From: Nitrospinota bacterium
Lineage (GTDB): Bacteria > Nitrospinota_A > UBA7883 > JACRGQ01
Direction: 5' to 3'
Assembly: GCA_016200345.1 (NCBI GenBank)
Contig: JACQEX010000058.1
Span: 1 to 53,233, forward strand
DNA: 53,233 nucleotides
Below are positions 38,362-47,765 of the stretch, one piece after another (the first letter of the stretch is position 1; each line of letters opens with the position of its first letter). A model generated the notes under the pieces. It did no database searches, had not been told where the DNA came from, and saw only the letters and a program-made list of their open reading frames with translations. The translations under genes were made by a program, and so were the position numbers.

Positions 38362-38859
38362 CTACTCGGGCTGTGCCTCGGAGTCTTCCTGCGGCTCCAC
38401 GGCCTTTTCCTCGGCCTCCGCCTGGATTTCCACGGTGAATTCCGCGGTCACCTCGGGGTGGAGTTTTATGTGCATCTTGTGCTCGCCGACCGTCTTAAGC
38501 GGCATGTCCATGTGTATTTTGTGTTTGTCTATCTGGAAGTGGCGGTTGTTTATCAGCTCCTTCGAGACGTCGGACACGGTTACGGAGCCGAAAAGTTTGC
38601 CCTCCTCGCCGACCTTGCGGACGAACGTAAGGCGCACCTTCGAAAGCTCCGCGGCCTGCGCCTCGGCGTCCGCCTTCAGAGCGGCAAGGCGCTTGGCGCG
38701 GTTTGCGAGGTGCTGTTCCATCGCCTTTAGGTTTCCGGAGTTCGCCTCCACTGCAAGCCCCTGCGGAAGAAGGTAGTTTCGGGCGAAGCCCCCCTTTACC
38801 TTCACATGTTGTCCTGCGTTGCCAAGTTTTTCCACGTCTTCTTTAAGTATCAAGTCCAT
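38362..38859 (-). CDS. rplI: 50S ribosomal protein L9
   Basis: LGNAG..VKVKGGFARNYLLP, GKLFGSVT. Confidence 0.96.
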   Translation of the reverse strand: MDLILKEDVEKLGNAGQHVKVKGGFARNYLLPQGLAVEANSGNLKAMEQHLANRAKRLAALKADAEAQAAELSKVRLTFVRKVGEEGKLFGSVTVSDVSKELINNRHFQIDKHKIHMDMPLKTVGEHKMHIKLHPEVTAEFTVEIQAEAEEKAVEPQEDSEAQPE

Positions 38860-39842
38860 TTGTTTTCCTCCTTTACGCCCGCCGGTCGGCGAACTTTTCT
38901 AAAATCAAACCACAAGTCAAAAAGCCCCGCAATCGCAACCGCCAAGGCCACGAACGGTTGTAATAATATCAAAAGATAGACTATAACGCGCAGAAATTTG
39001 GGGAACCTTATTTTTTCGAACAAATACTGCACGATGTAGATTCCGGCCACCGAATAGACCAGAGACGTGACCAGCAGAAGGTTCACACCGAAAATCCGCG
39101 ACGTCTCGCCCGGATAAAGCGTCATGGCAAGCCCCGCGATGAACAGATAAACCATGGAGTCCGGCGGGTACCATGACGCAAGGTTCTCCGTGTCCTCCCC
39201 GTCCTGCAGAAACGGCCACCTGGCCCTGACGGCCTTGAACGAGGCGTAGTTGACGATGCCGAACATCAGGTAGCAGGTTATGGTGAGACCGGGAATAATG
39301 TTCACAATCCATTTTGCTATCGCCGGGGTGTTGTTCACCAAATATGCAAGTTGTTCCTCCTGAATCCCCGCCTTTTTATAGGTGTTTACGACCTCGGCGA
39401 GCATCAATTGCGCCGCTTTCGTAAGCTCGTTAAACAACCCGCCAAACTGGCCTCCCACGGCGAAGGCAAAAAACAGCGCCGTTCCCGTTAACGAGACCAG
39501 CGTCGCCGTCATAACCACCTTGTTCAGCCCGGCGCGACGGGAGATGTATTTGGACATTACCAGCGCCATTGCTCCGTAGCTTAGGAAGTAAAAGACCGCC
39601 AATCTGGGGTCGGTGACCAGCGCCACAACCAAGGCCGAGAAAAACGTCCCGGCCACGGCCGCTGTCTGGCCGAACCTAAAAAACGCGTAAATAATCGGCA
39701 GGGGGGAGAACGGGTTTAAAAGGCCACCCAGCACGGGGACGTAGAACAACGAGAGAAAAAGCCCGGCGCTGAGCGCGGGGGCCGCAACTCTCCCTAAAAT
39801 CACCCGATAGGGGAGGGGCGCCTTGGCTATGGTCTCCGTCAT
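38850..39842 (-). CDS. DUF2232 (YybS-like) membrane protein
   Basis: Multi-TM; GLFDLWFDFRK C-terminus; typical position between rpsR and rplI. Confidence 0.85.
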   Translation of the reverse strand: MTETIAKAPLPYRVILGRVAAPALSAGLFLSLFYVPVLGGLLNPFSPLPIIYAFFRFGQTAAVAGTFFSALVVALVTDPRLAVFYFLSYGAMALVMSKYISRRAGLNKVVMTATLVSLTGTALFFAFAVGGQFGGLFNELTKAAQLMLAEVVNTYKKAGIQEEQLAYLVNNTPAIAKWIVNIIPGLTITCYLMFGIVNYASFKAVRARWPFLQDGEDTENLASWYPPDSMVYLFIAGLAMTLYPGETSRIFGVNLLLVTSLVYSVAGIYIVQYLFEKIRFPKFLRVIVYLLILLQPFVALAVAIAGLFDLWFDFRKVRRPAGVKEENKWT

Positions 39843-39874
39843 CCGTCAGTCCGTCTCTGAGTGTCTATCGGTTT

Positions 39875-40129
39875 TCAGGTTTCCAGCGTGAACGGCAAAA
39901 GGGCGATGTTCCGCGCGATTTTTATCGCGGAGGTCACCTGCCTTTGGTGCCCGGCGCAGTTGCCGCTGACCCTGCTGGGAATTATTTTCCCGCGCTCGGT
40001 GGTTAGCGCCTTTAGCGTCTTGAGGTCCTTGTAGTCTATGAAGTGGATGTTGTCCATGCAGAACCTGCAGACCTTTTTCTGGTTGAAGACTTTCTTTTTG
40101 CGTCTTTTGACGTCTTTGCCGTTTCTCAT
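39875..40129 (-). CDS. rpsR: 30S ribosomal protein S18 (Zn-binding type)
   Basis: [28 protein letters not shown]; GAAAGGAG RBS before ATG 40129. Confidence 0.96.
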   Translation of the reverse strand: MRNGKDVKRRKKKVFNQKKVCRFCMDNIHFIDYKDLKTLKALTTERGKIIPSRVSGNCAGHQRQVTSAIKIARNIALLPFTLET

Positions 40130-40183
40130 TTTTTCATTACTCCTTTCAATTCGGTCGGCCAATGGCCGCCCATATTTCTGTTT

Positions 40184-40594
40184 TTAGAACGGAACCTCGT
40201 CGTTGCCGCCAGGCGCCTCGTTGTCGGGGGGCGGGCCGTCCTGCTGTCTGGAAGGCTTGCCGCCTCCGGGGCCGGAGGAGAGAAATTGCACGGTCGAGGC
40301 GGTAACCTCGATTTTGGATTTCTTTTCGCCGTCCTTTTCCCACTGCCGGAGTTTTAGTCTTCCCTCGACAAAAACGGGACTACCTTTTTTAAGGTACTCC
40401 GCGCACGCCTCGGCGGACTTGCCCCAGACGTTCACGTCTATAAAAAGGACCTCCTCTTTCTTGTCCTCGCCGCCGCCGAACTTGTTGTTGACGGCAAGGC
40501 CGAGGCCGCAAACCGCCATTCCGGACGGGATGTACCTAAGCTCGGGATCCCGCGTGAGGTTTCCCATCAAAAGCACCCTGTTAAAGCTTGCCAT
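40184..40594 (-). CDS. ssb: Single-stranded DNA-binding protein
   Basis: NRVLLMGNLTRDPELRY, VFVEGRL, acidic C-terminus DEVPF. Confidence 0.97.
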   Translation of the reverse strand: MASFNRVLLMGNLTRDPELRYIPSGMAVCGLGLAVNNKFGGGEDKKEEVLFIDVNVWGKSAEACAEYLKKGSPVFVEGRLKLRQWEKDGEKKSKIEVTASTVQFLSSGPGGGKPSRQQDGPPPDNEAPGGNDEVPF

Positions 40595-40608
40595 AACTTT
40601 GGCCCGCC

Positions 40609-40968
40609 TTAGTAGCGGCCGCCTCCGCCTTCTTTATTGCCGTAGGTGGACGGCACCTCGGAGGAGGGGCGCAAAAGGGTCTGCGGATTGTGGTTGACGG
40701 TGATGAATTTAAGCACCGACTCGTTGAGGTTTAGGTTGCGCTCGATTTTTGCCACGGTCGGGCCGGTCACGGTGTAGTGCATGAGGGTGTAGTACCCGTA
40801 GCGCGACTTGCCGATTGTGTAGGCGTTTTTCTTTTTGCCCCACTGCTCGATGTGTTCGACAGTGCCGCCTTCCTTCTCGACGAAGGCCTTTAGGTCGTTG
40901 GTGATTTGAACAACCTGGTCCTCTGTTTTTTCAGGCTCGACTATATAGACGCACTCGTACTTTGGCAA
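40609..40968 (-). CDS. rpsF: 30S ribosomal protein S6
   Basis: YE.VYI..P, WG.K..AY.I, GYY; TTG start after AAGGAGG. Confidence 0.95.
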   Translation of the reverse strand: MPKYECVYIVEPEKTEDQVVQITNDLKAFVEKEGGTVEHIEQWGKKKNAYTIGKSRYGYYTLMHYTVTGPTVAKIERNLNLNESVLKFITVNHNPQTLLRPSSEVPSTYGNKEGGGGRY

Positions 40969-40973
40969 AACGT

Positions 40974-41020
40974 ACCTCCTTTTGGTTATAGCCCCAGGTT
41001 TCCAAGAACCGGAGCAAGGT
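40974..41020 (-). promoter_or_regulatory. Putative S6:S18-binding rpsF leader hairpin
   Basis: Minus strand CCTTGCTCCGGTT-CTTGGA-AACCTGGGGCTATAACCAAAAGGAGGT: stem with a CC-containing internal loop whose base overlaps the RBS. Confidence 0.55.
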
Positions 41021-41115
41021 TAATAAGCCCGCCATATCTGCCCAATAGGGCGGGTGTAAGTGGGGAATTGTACCCCCATGCGCCCCCAAAAAGCAATTAA
41101 AATGGGCAAATTTTC

Positions 41116-41349
41116 TCACGCGAAGCCGCGAAGGGTGGAAATTCTTAAATCGCCCCTTTTTTCAATCTTTGAAATTCCATCCTGTCTAATGCCAATTTGG
41201 TCTGCCATGGCTTTTTGTGTCAGGCGTCGCTCTTGCCTCAATTCGCGCAGTGATTTTTCCTCTTCAATGAGTTCATGGGTGCGCGACTCCACTTTTTTGC
41301 GCCTTGCGGCCCCAATAGCCGCCAACTTCTGTTCCAATGTGCTTGCCAT
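41116..41349 (-). pseudogene. Truncated XRE-family HTH (HigA-like antitoxin), no cognate toxin
   Basis: LRELRQERRLTQ..MA...GIRQDGISKIEKRGDLRISTLR then stop inside a repeat arm; AAGGAG RBS. Confidence 0.75.
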
Positions 41350-41417
41350 CGCTGTTTCTCCTTTACTTTTTAGACATGGACAATCCCACTTCGCGGGAGA
41401 ATGCAGGAATTCTGTAC

Positions 41418-41521
41418 GCCACCCCCGCCTTAGCGGGCAAACATTTCTCCCTTTACCCAATCTGCGTTAATCTGTGAAATCTGCGGATTATTATTCCGCC
41501 TTCCTTGGCGACTTGGCGGTT
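41418..41521. repeat. Cluster of family C core and tandem ~9-mer arms
   Basis: GCCACCCCCGCCTTAGCGGGCAAA core (cf. ~48843 and ~53197); AATCTGCGTTAATCTGTGAAATCTGCGG; CCTTGGCGACTTGGCGGTT. Confidence 0.65.
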
Positions 41522-41523
41522 AG

Positions 41524-42006
41524 CTATTTCTTTGGGATGTTTTTGACGAGCAAAAGCTCCTCTATGCGGTACAGATGCACATAGTCGTGCATAAGAAGAT
41601 GCCGAATCGCTATATAAGGGGTAAAACTTTTAAAATTCTGGTGCGTGGCGTTCTTGCGCCAATCCTTCGGCCTAAGCTGTTTTATTAGCCCCAGAAGGGT
41701 CTTTCGGTCGCGCGTGAATTTTTTGAGCGACTCCTTGAGGTCGAGTTTCATAAGCTCGTCGGGCGGCGTGGTCGTGCCCGGCACATAGGATTTAAACTCC
41801 GGCGTCTTCTCGGTCAAAAACTTGCGTATTCTTCCAATCACCAGCGTCTCGACTTTTGCAAAATGGACGGCGTGCTCGTGGGCGCACCATTTGCCGGGGA
41901 CGCGATGCTCGTTTAAAAGTTCGGCGTCCACGTTTGCAACCAAGTTGCGCAGGATGCGCGGAGTTTTTTTAAGGGCCGAGAGAATGTCATTAATGTCGTT
42001 GTTCAT
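41524..42006 (-). CDS. DinB/YfiT-family protein
   Basis: PGKWCAHEHAVH and HDYVHL.RI metal-binding His pattern. Confidence 0.85.
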   Translation of the reverse strand: MNNDINDILSALKKTPRILRNLVANVDAELLNEHRVPGKWCAHEHAVHFAKVETLVIGRIRKFLTEKTPEFKSYVPGTTTPPDELMKLDLKESLKKFTRDRKTLLGLIKQLRPKDWRKNATHQNFKSFTPYIAIRHLLMHDYVHLYRIEELLLVKNIPKK

Positions 42007-42055
42007 TTTTTCCTCCGTAATAATTTAATTTTCAACGCCGACATGGAATCTCTTT

Positions 42056-42146
42056 GGTGGGTACGGGCTTTAGCCTGTACCTTGGTGCGGAGCAACAATG
42101 TATCGCCCTTTCAGGCCGATGTACACACTAAAGTGTGTACCCACCG
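42056..42146 (-). repeat. Family A multi-hairpin element, copy 4
   Basis: Reverse strand CGGTGGGTACACACTTTAGTGTGTAC...GTACAGGCTAAAGCCCGTACCCACC. Confidence 0.8.
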
Positions 42147-42198
42147 GGGAGGAGCTTACGCGACAGATCCGCATCTGTTAAAAGTTAACATTCTCTAG

Positions 42199-43200
42199 CT
42201 AAAGAAGCTCGGCTATCTGAACCGCGTTTAAGGCCGCGCCCTTGCGTATGTTGTCCGAGACAATCCACATGTTGAGTCCGTGTTTAACCGTGGCGTCGCG
42301 CCTTATGCGCCCGATGAAAACGTCGTCCGTCCCGGCCGCGTCTATCGCCAGCGGATAAGAAAAGTTCGCCGGGTCGTCCACGACCTTGCAACCGGGGGCC
42401 TTGCTCAAAATTTCCTTCGCCTCCTCGGGCGATATGTCCGACTCGAACTCCACGTTTACGGATTCGCTGTGGGCGTGAAACACCGGCACGCGCACAGCGG
42501 TGGGGCTGACCAAAATCTCCGGTGCCTCCATAATCTTGCGCGTCTCGTTCACCATTTTTTGCTCTTCCTTCGTGTATCCGTCCGGGTTAAACACGTCAAT
42601 CTGCGGCAGACAGTTGAACGCTATCTGGTGCGGGAACGCCTTTTTTTTAACCGATTGAAACGAGTAGAGCGCGCGAACCTGGTTGTTAAGCTCGTTTATA
42701 CCCTTTTGCCCCGCGCCGGAGACCGACTGGTAGGTGGAGACCACGATTCTTTTTATTTTTGCCTTTTTATGAAGCGGGTTTAACGCCACCACCATCTGGA
42801 TGGTGGAGCAGTTTGGGTTTGCGATTATCCCCTTGTGCAGTTTGATTGCGTGCGCGTTCACCTCCGGCACCACAAGCGGCACGCCGGCGTCCATTCGGAA
42901 CGCGGACGAGTTGTCTATCACCACCGCGCCGGCCTTCACCGCGTGCGGGGCGAACTTTTTGCTCCTCTCGGCGCCCGCGCTAAAGAGGGCTATCTCAATC
43001 CCCTTGAACGAATCCTCGGTAAGCTCCTCGACGGTCACTTCCTTCCCGTTGAAGGGGAGTGTTTTTCCGGCCGAGTTGGCGGACGCCAGCAGGCGTATGT
43101 TGCCGACGGGGAATTTTCTCTGCTCCAGCGTCTCTATCATCTCGTTGCCTACGGCTCCGGTGGCCCCGACGACGGCCACGTTTTTCAATTTTGTTGTCAT
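42199..43200 (-). CDS. asd: Aspartate-semialdehyde dehydrogenase
   Basis: [52 protein letters not shown]. Confidence 0.97.
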   Translation of the reverse strand: MTTKLKNVAVVGATGAVGNEMIETLEQRKFPVGNIRLLASANSAGKTLPFNGKEVTVEELTEDSFKGIEIALFSAGAERSKKFAPHAVKAGAVVIDNSSAFRMDAGVPLVVPEVNAHAIKLHKGIIANPNCSTIQMVVALNPLHKKAKIKRIVVSTYQSVSGAGQKGINELNNQVRALYSFQSVKKKAFPHQIAFNCLPQIDVFNPDGYTKEEQKMVNETRKIMEAPEILVSPTAVRVPVFHAHSESVNVEFESDISPEEAKEILSKAPGCKVVDDPANFSYPLAIDAAGTDDVFIGRIRRDATVKHGLNMWIVSDNIRKGAALNAVQIAELL

Positions 43201-44264
43201 GCCAGTTCCTTAATAATAAGTTCGCCCATTTGCGTGGTGGTTACCTTTGCGGTCCCCTCCGAATAGATGTCCGCCGTGCGGAACCCTTTTTCCAAAACTC
43301 TTCCGACCGCGTTTTCAATCTCCCGCGCCGCCTTGGAGTTGCCAAACGTCAGCTCCAGCATCATCCCCATAGAAAGGATGCTCGCTATCGGGTTGGCGAT
43401 TCCCTTGCCCGCGATGTCCGGCGCGCTACCGTGTATCGGCTCGTACATCCCTTTTTTGCCGTTGAGCGAGGCCGAAGGGAGCATCCCGATAGAGCCTGTC
43501 AGCATCGAGGCCTCGTCGCTCAAAATGTCGCCAAAAAGGTTCGGCGTAAGCATCACGTCAAACTGCTTCGGGTTCCTAACTAGTTGCATGGCGGCGTTGT
43601 CCACGTACATATGCGAGAGTTGCACGTCCTGATAATCCTCGTGCGTCTGCGTTACCACCTCGCGCCAAAGCTCGGTGCATTCCAGCACGTTGGCCTTGTC
43701 CACGGAGCAGACTTTTTTCGAGCGTTTGCGGGCGATTTCGAACGCGACCCGCGCGATACGCTCTATCTCCGGCGTGGTGTAGACCATCGTGTTCACGCCG
43801 CGTTTACCGCCTTCGTACTTCTCCACGCCCCTCGGCTTGCCGAAGTAGATGTCGCCGGTCAGCTCGCGAATAACAATAATGTCTATCCCCTCGACGTACT
43901 CCCTTTTAAGGGTGGATGCGCCGACCAATGGTGCGAACATTTTCGCGGGGCGGATGTTGGCAAATAGATCAAGCCCGGAGCGAAGCCCCAAAAGGCCGCG
44001 CTCGGGGCGCACGGAATAATCCAGCCCCTCCCACTTCGGGCCGCCCACGGCTCCGAGGAAAACGGCATCCGCCTTTTTTGCCTTCTCCAAACTTTCGGGG
44101 GGCAGGGGCGTGCCGAACTTGTCGTACGCACCGCCGCCCGCCGGGGCCTCGACGAACTCGAAACCTATCTTGTATTTTGCGTCAACGACCTTTAGGACTT
44201 TTACCGCCTCCGCGGTTACCTCCGGGCCGATGCCGTCTCCGGCGCAAAGCGCTATTAACGGCAT
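43197..44264 (-). CDS. leuB: 3-isopropylmalate dehydrogenase
   Basis: [51 protein letters not shown]. Confidence 0.97.
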   Translation of the reverse strand: MPLIALCAGDGIGPEVTAEAVKVLKVVDAKYKIGFEFVEAPAGGGAYDKFGTPLPPESLEKAKKADAVFLGAVGGPKWEGLDYSVRPERGLLGLRSGLDLFANIRPAKMFAPLVGASTLKREYVEGIDIIVIRELTGDIYFGKPRGVEKYEGGKRGVNTMVYTTPEIERIARVAFEIARKRSKKVCSVDKANVLECTELWREVVTQTHEDYQDVQLSHMYVDNAAMQLVRNPKQFDVMLTPNLFGDILSDEASMLTGSIGMLPSASLNGKKGMYEPIHGSAPDIAGKGIANPIASILSMGMMLELTFGNSKAAREIENAVGRVLEKGFRTADIYSEGTAKVTTTQMGELIIKELA

Positions 44265-44265
44265 G

Positions 44266-44787
44266 TCATTTGCCCGATGGGGATACGAGGCCCATCTTTT
44301 TTTGGACGGACGCCATGAGTCCGCCGGCCTCGATTAGTTGTTGCATGAATGGCGGAATCGGCGCCGCCATGTATTTCTCGTTTTTGGTTACGTTTGTGAT
44401 TTCCCCGGTGTTCATGTCCACGGTTATCTCGTCGCCGGGCCGGATTTTGTCCGGCGCGTCGGCGGACTCGAAAATCGCAAGCCCCATGTTGAAGCAGTTT
44501 CTGTAAAAAATCCTCGCGTAGGATTTGGCTATCACACAGCTTATCCCCGCGGCTTTGATGGCGACCGGGGCGTGCTCCCTGCTGGAGCCGCAACCGAAGT
44601 TTTTCTTCGCGACGATTACGTCCCCCTTTTTCGCATTCTTGGCAAAATCCGGGTCGGCGTCCTCCATCACGTGCTTTGCAAGCTCGGCGGGGTCGGAGGT
44701 GACCATGTATCGCGCCGGTATGATGGCGTCGGTGTCTATGTTGTCGCCAAAAATGTGCGCCTTGCCCCTCAATATTTTGTCGCTCAT
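44266..44787 (-). CDS. leuD: 3-isopropylmalate dehydratase small subunit
   Basis: [30 protein letters not shown]; ATG 44787 overlaps the leuC stop. Confidence 0.95.
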   Translation of the reverse strand: MSDKILRGKAHIFGDNIDTDAIIPARYMVTSDPAELAKHVMEDADPDFAKNAKKGDVIVAKKNFGCGSSREHAPVAIKAAGISCVIAKSYARIFYRNCFNMGLAIFESADAPDKIRPGDEITVDMNTGEITNVTKNEKYMAAPIPPFMQQLIEAGGLMASVQKKMGLVSPSGK

Positions 44788-46046
44788 AGCACGTCCTCCG
44801 GGGAGCAGATTTTTCCCGCTATGGCGGTGGCGGCGGCGACGGCGGGGCCGGCGAGGTATATCTCGCTCTTCCTGTGTCCCATGCGCCCGACAAAGTTGCG
44901 GTTCGTGGTGGAGAGGGCCTTTTCCCCCTCGGCCAAAATTCCCATGTGTCCGCCGAGGCACGGCCCGCAGGTGGGGGTGCTTACCACGGCGTTTGCGTCC
45001 ATAAACACGTCGAACAACCCGGCGTTCATCGCCTGCTTGTAAATAAGCGGAGTCGCGGGGATTACGATGAGCCGCACGCCCTTGGCGACTTTTTTGCCGC
45101 GCAAGATTTCGGCGGTCACTTTTAGGTCCGAGTACCTGCCGTTGGTGCAGGAGCCGATTACGACCTGGTCGATCTTAACCTCCCCGACCTTGCTGATGCC
45201 GCGCGTGTTTGAGGGGAGGTGCGGGAAGGCGACCATCAGCTCTATGTCGTCCGCGTTTATGTCGAATTTTTCCGAGTAATTGGCGCCGGGGTCGGATGCG
45301 TAGTACTTCGCCTCGCGTTTAAAGCGACCGTTCACATATTCTTTGGTGACCGCGTCGGCGGTGAAGATGCCGTTCTTTGCGCCGGCCTCTATCGCCATGT
45401 TGCAGATGGTGAACCTGTCGTCCTGCGTGAGGTGGCCTATCATGTCGCCGGTGTATTCCATCGCCTTGTAAAGCGCGCCGTCCACGCCGATTTTTCCGAT
45501 TATGTATAGGATTACGTCCTTGCCGCCTACCCATTTTCGCGGCTTGCCCTTTAGGTTGAAAAGCATCGTCTCTGGAACCCTGTACCATGCCTCGCCGGTT
45601 ATCATGGCGGCGGCGAGGTCGGTGCTTCCCACGCCGGATGCGAAGGCCCCCAACGCGCCGTAGGTGCAGGTGTGGCTGTCGGCGCCGATTACGAGGTCGC
45701 CGGGGCCGACCAACCCCTTTTCGGGAAGGAGCGTGTGCTCAACGCCCATCGTGCCGGCGTCGTAGAAGTTTGTTATCCCGAACTCGGCGGAGAAATCGCG
45801 CACCATCTTAACCTGCATTGCGGACTCTATGTCCTTGTTGGGCGCGAAGTGGTCTGCAACGAACACGACGCGCTCCTTGTCGAACACCTTTTTTGCGCCG
45901 ATTCTGCGGAACTCCTTGATGGAGATTGGCGCGGTGATGTCGTTTGCGAGGGCTATGTCCACCTTGCAGTTGACGAGCTGGCCCGGTTTTACGGACTCCA
46001 ACCCGGCGTGGTCGGCCAAAATTCTTTCGGTAATTGTCATTTTCAT
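44784..46046 (-). CDS. leuC: 3-isopropylmalate dehydratase large subunit
   Basis: [43 protein letters not shown]. Confidence 0.95.
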   Translation of the reverse strand: MKMTITERILADHAGLESVKPGQLVNCKVDIALANDITAPISIKEFRRIGAKKVFDKERVVFVADHFAPNKDIESAMQVKMVRDFSAEFGITNFYDAGTMGVEHTLLPEKGLVGPGDLVIGADSHTCTYGALGAFASGVGSTDLAAAMITGEAWYRVPETMLFNLKGKPRKWVGGKDVILYIIGKIGVDGALYKAMEYTGDMIGHLTQDDRFTICNMAIEAGAKNGIFTADAVTKEYVNGRFKREAKYYASDPGANYSEKFDINADDIELMVAFPHLPSNTRGISKVGEVKIDQVVIGSCTNGRYSDLKVTAEILRGKKVAKGVRLIVIPATPLIYKQAMNAGLFDVFMDANAVVSTPTCGPCLGGHMGILAEGEKALSTTNRNFVGRMGHRKSEIYLAGPAVAAATAIAGKICSPEDVL

Positions 46047-46337
46047 ATTGTCTTCCATTATAAGTGAGCGGGGATTGTACCATAATAGAATAATTTTGGA
46101 ATACCCTTGATTTTGGGTTGAGTCCCGTTATGGACGGATAAAAGTCATTGAATATCCCCCTGAAAAGACGCAGAATCAAACGAGGATAGTTGCCGTTTAA
46201 AAGTTGGATTACAAGGAACTGGACCCCGTCGGCATCCTTGGGCTAGTTATTTACCTTGAGGCTCTGATTTAAGTCTACAAGGTCTAAACGGTTCATGGGG
46301 CTCATGTCCGGGGTGACAAAAAGGAAGGACGGGCAAA

Positions 46338-46562
46338 ATGAAGGAATTGGTCGAAAAAGCGCTGGAAGAGGTCAGGCCGATACTTAAGCGAGACGGCGGC
46401 GACGTGGAGCTAATCGGGGTCAACAACGAGGGGGTGGTGCTGGTAAAATTACGCGGCGCCTGCTCCGGTTGCCCAAGCGCGGGGATGACGCTTAGGAACG
46501 GAATCGAGAAGAAAATCATGGAACGCGTTCCGGGGGTTAAGTCTGTACAATCAATAGGATAA
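46338..46562 (+). CDS. NifU/Nfu-like C-terminal domain protein (Fe-S carrier)
   Basis: VRP.L..DGGDVEL, GACSGCPS...TL..GIE. Confidence 0.92.
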   Translation: MKELVEKALEEVRPILKRDGGDVELIGVNNEGVVLVKLRGACSGCPSAGMTLRNGIEKKIMERVPGVKSVQSIG

Positions 46563-46587
46563 GTCTAAAAAGCAATGTAAAATCTTT

Positions 46588-46665
46588 TGTCATGCCAGGC
46601 TTGACCCGGCAACCAGTTCCTCTAAAGATTAGGGAAATGGATCCCGCATCTAGTGCGGGATGACA
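46588..46665. repeat. Palindromic element, family B, copy 2
   Basis: TGTCATGCCAGGCTTGACCCGGCA...TGGATCCCGCATCTAGTGCGGGATGACA. Confidence 0.85.
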
Positions 46666-46697
46666 ACCGAGGGAAGAATTTTAAATTTGGAGGTTTG

Positions 46698-47762
46698 GTG
46701 AGCGATCATAAAAAAGAAGAGATAATGCTGGCCCTTAGGTCGGTTATATACCCCGGTTTTGACAAAGACATTATAACCCTCGACATGGTGGAGGAGTTCA
46801 CCGTGGACGGCGAGGCGATTGAGGTCGTGATGAAACGGCTTAACGCCGAGGAGCCGGTAAAAAAGGGCATTGTTGAGGGGATTGCAAACTCCCTTAAACC
46901 GCTAGGCTATGCCCCGACCGTCCGTTGGGGCGGGGAGGGGGGGCACTCCCACGGTCACGAAGGGCACGACCACGGTAAGGCCAAGGCCGAGCCACCCCCC
47001 AAAAAGGCCATCGAGGGGGTGAAACATATCGTCCCCGTGGCAAGCGGAAAAGGGGGGGTTGGGAAATCCACCGCCAGCGCAAACCTTGCCGTCGCCCTGG
47101 CAAAAAAAGGCGCCAAGGTCGGACTGCTGGACTTGGACGTGTACGGCCCCTCGATACCGACGATGTTCGGGTTGGACGGACAGCACGCGGCCACCGACGA
47201 GGGGAAGCTCATCCCAATCGAGCGGTTTGGCGTAAAGGTGATTTCCATCGGCCTTTTATTGGACAAGGGGGCGCCGCTAATCTGGCGCGGGCCGCTTGTG
47301 GCCCGTTTGGTGAAGCAGTTGTTTTACGACGTGTCGTGGGGCGAACTTGATTACCTGATAATGGACCTTCCGCCCGGCACGGGGGACGTGCAACTTTCGC
47401 TAATCCAAAGCCTGCCGATATCGGGCGCGGTGGTTATAACGACCCCGCAGGACGTTGCGTTAAAGGACGCCGAGAGGGCCGTAAATATGTTTAGTCAAAC
47501 CGAAACAAAGGTGCTGGGAATCATTGAAAACATGAGCTATTTCATCTGCCCCCACTGCAAGAAGGAATCGAACATTTTTGGCCAGGGGGGCGGACTAAAA
47601 GAGAGCAAGAGGGCCAACGTCCCGTTTTTAGGGAGCATTCCGCTGGAGGGGAAAATTGTGGACACCGGCGACAGGGGCGAGCCGATTGCCCTTGGAGACG
47701 GCGAGATAGCAAAAATATTCGCAGGCCTTGCCGACAATCTTTCCAAATCGCTGGCCGGGTGA
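46698..47762 (+). CDS. mrp: Mrp/ApbC/NBP35 Fe-S cluster carrier ATPase
   Basis: SGKGGVGKST, D.DVYGPS.P, WRGP, DLPPGTGD, TTPQ, ENMS..CPHC; GGAGG before GTG 46698. Confidence 0.93.
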   Translation: MSDHKKEEIMLALRSVIYPGFDKDIITLDMVEEFTVDGEAIEVVMKRLNAEEPVKKGIVEGIANSLKPLGYAPTVRWGGEGGHSHGHEGHDHGKAKAEPPPKKAIEGVKHIVPVASGKGGVGKSTASANLAVALAKKGAKVGLLDLDVYGPSIPTMFGLDGQHAATDEGKLIPIERFGVKVISIGLLLDKGAPLIWRGPLVARLVKQLFYDVSWGELDYLIMDLPPGTGDVQLSLIQSLPISGAVVITTPQDVALKDAERAVNMFSQTETKVLGIIENMSYFICPHCKKESNIFGQGGGLKESKRANVPFLGSIPLEGKIVDTGDRGEPIALGDGEIAKIFAGLADNLSKSLAG

Positions 47763-47765
47763 GGG

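Noticed and set aside
40126-40137. Minigene ATG AAA AAA TGA overlapping the rpsR start
   Set aside because: Only 2 nt from the SD, too close for efficient initiation; probably chance.
46126-46272. Possible decayed ORF (..KVIEYPPEK..*KLDYKELDPVGILGLVIYLEALI*)
   Set aside because: In-frame stops and no recognisable family; cannot be supported.
46338-46562. Selenocysteine recoding in the NifU-like CxxC or the redoxin-like gene
   Set aside because: The Cys codons are TGC and there is no in-frame TGA at the relevant positions.
46945-46975. His-rich linker in Mrp (GHSHGHEGHDHG) as a novelty
   Set aside because: His-rich low-complexity linkers are common in Mrp/ApbC proteins.
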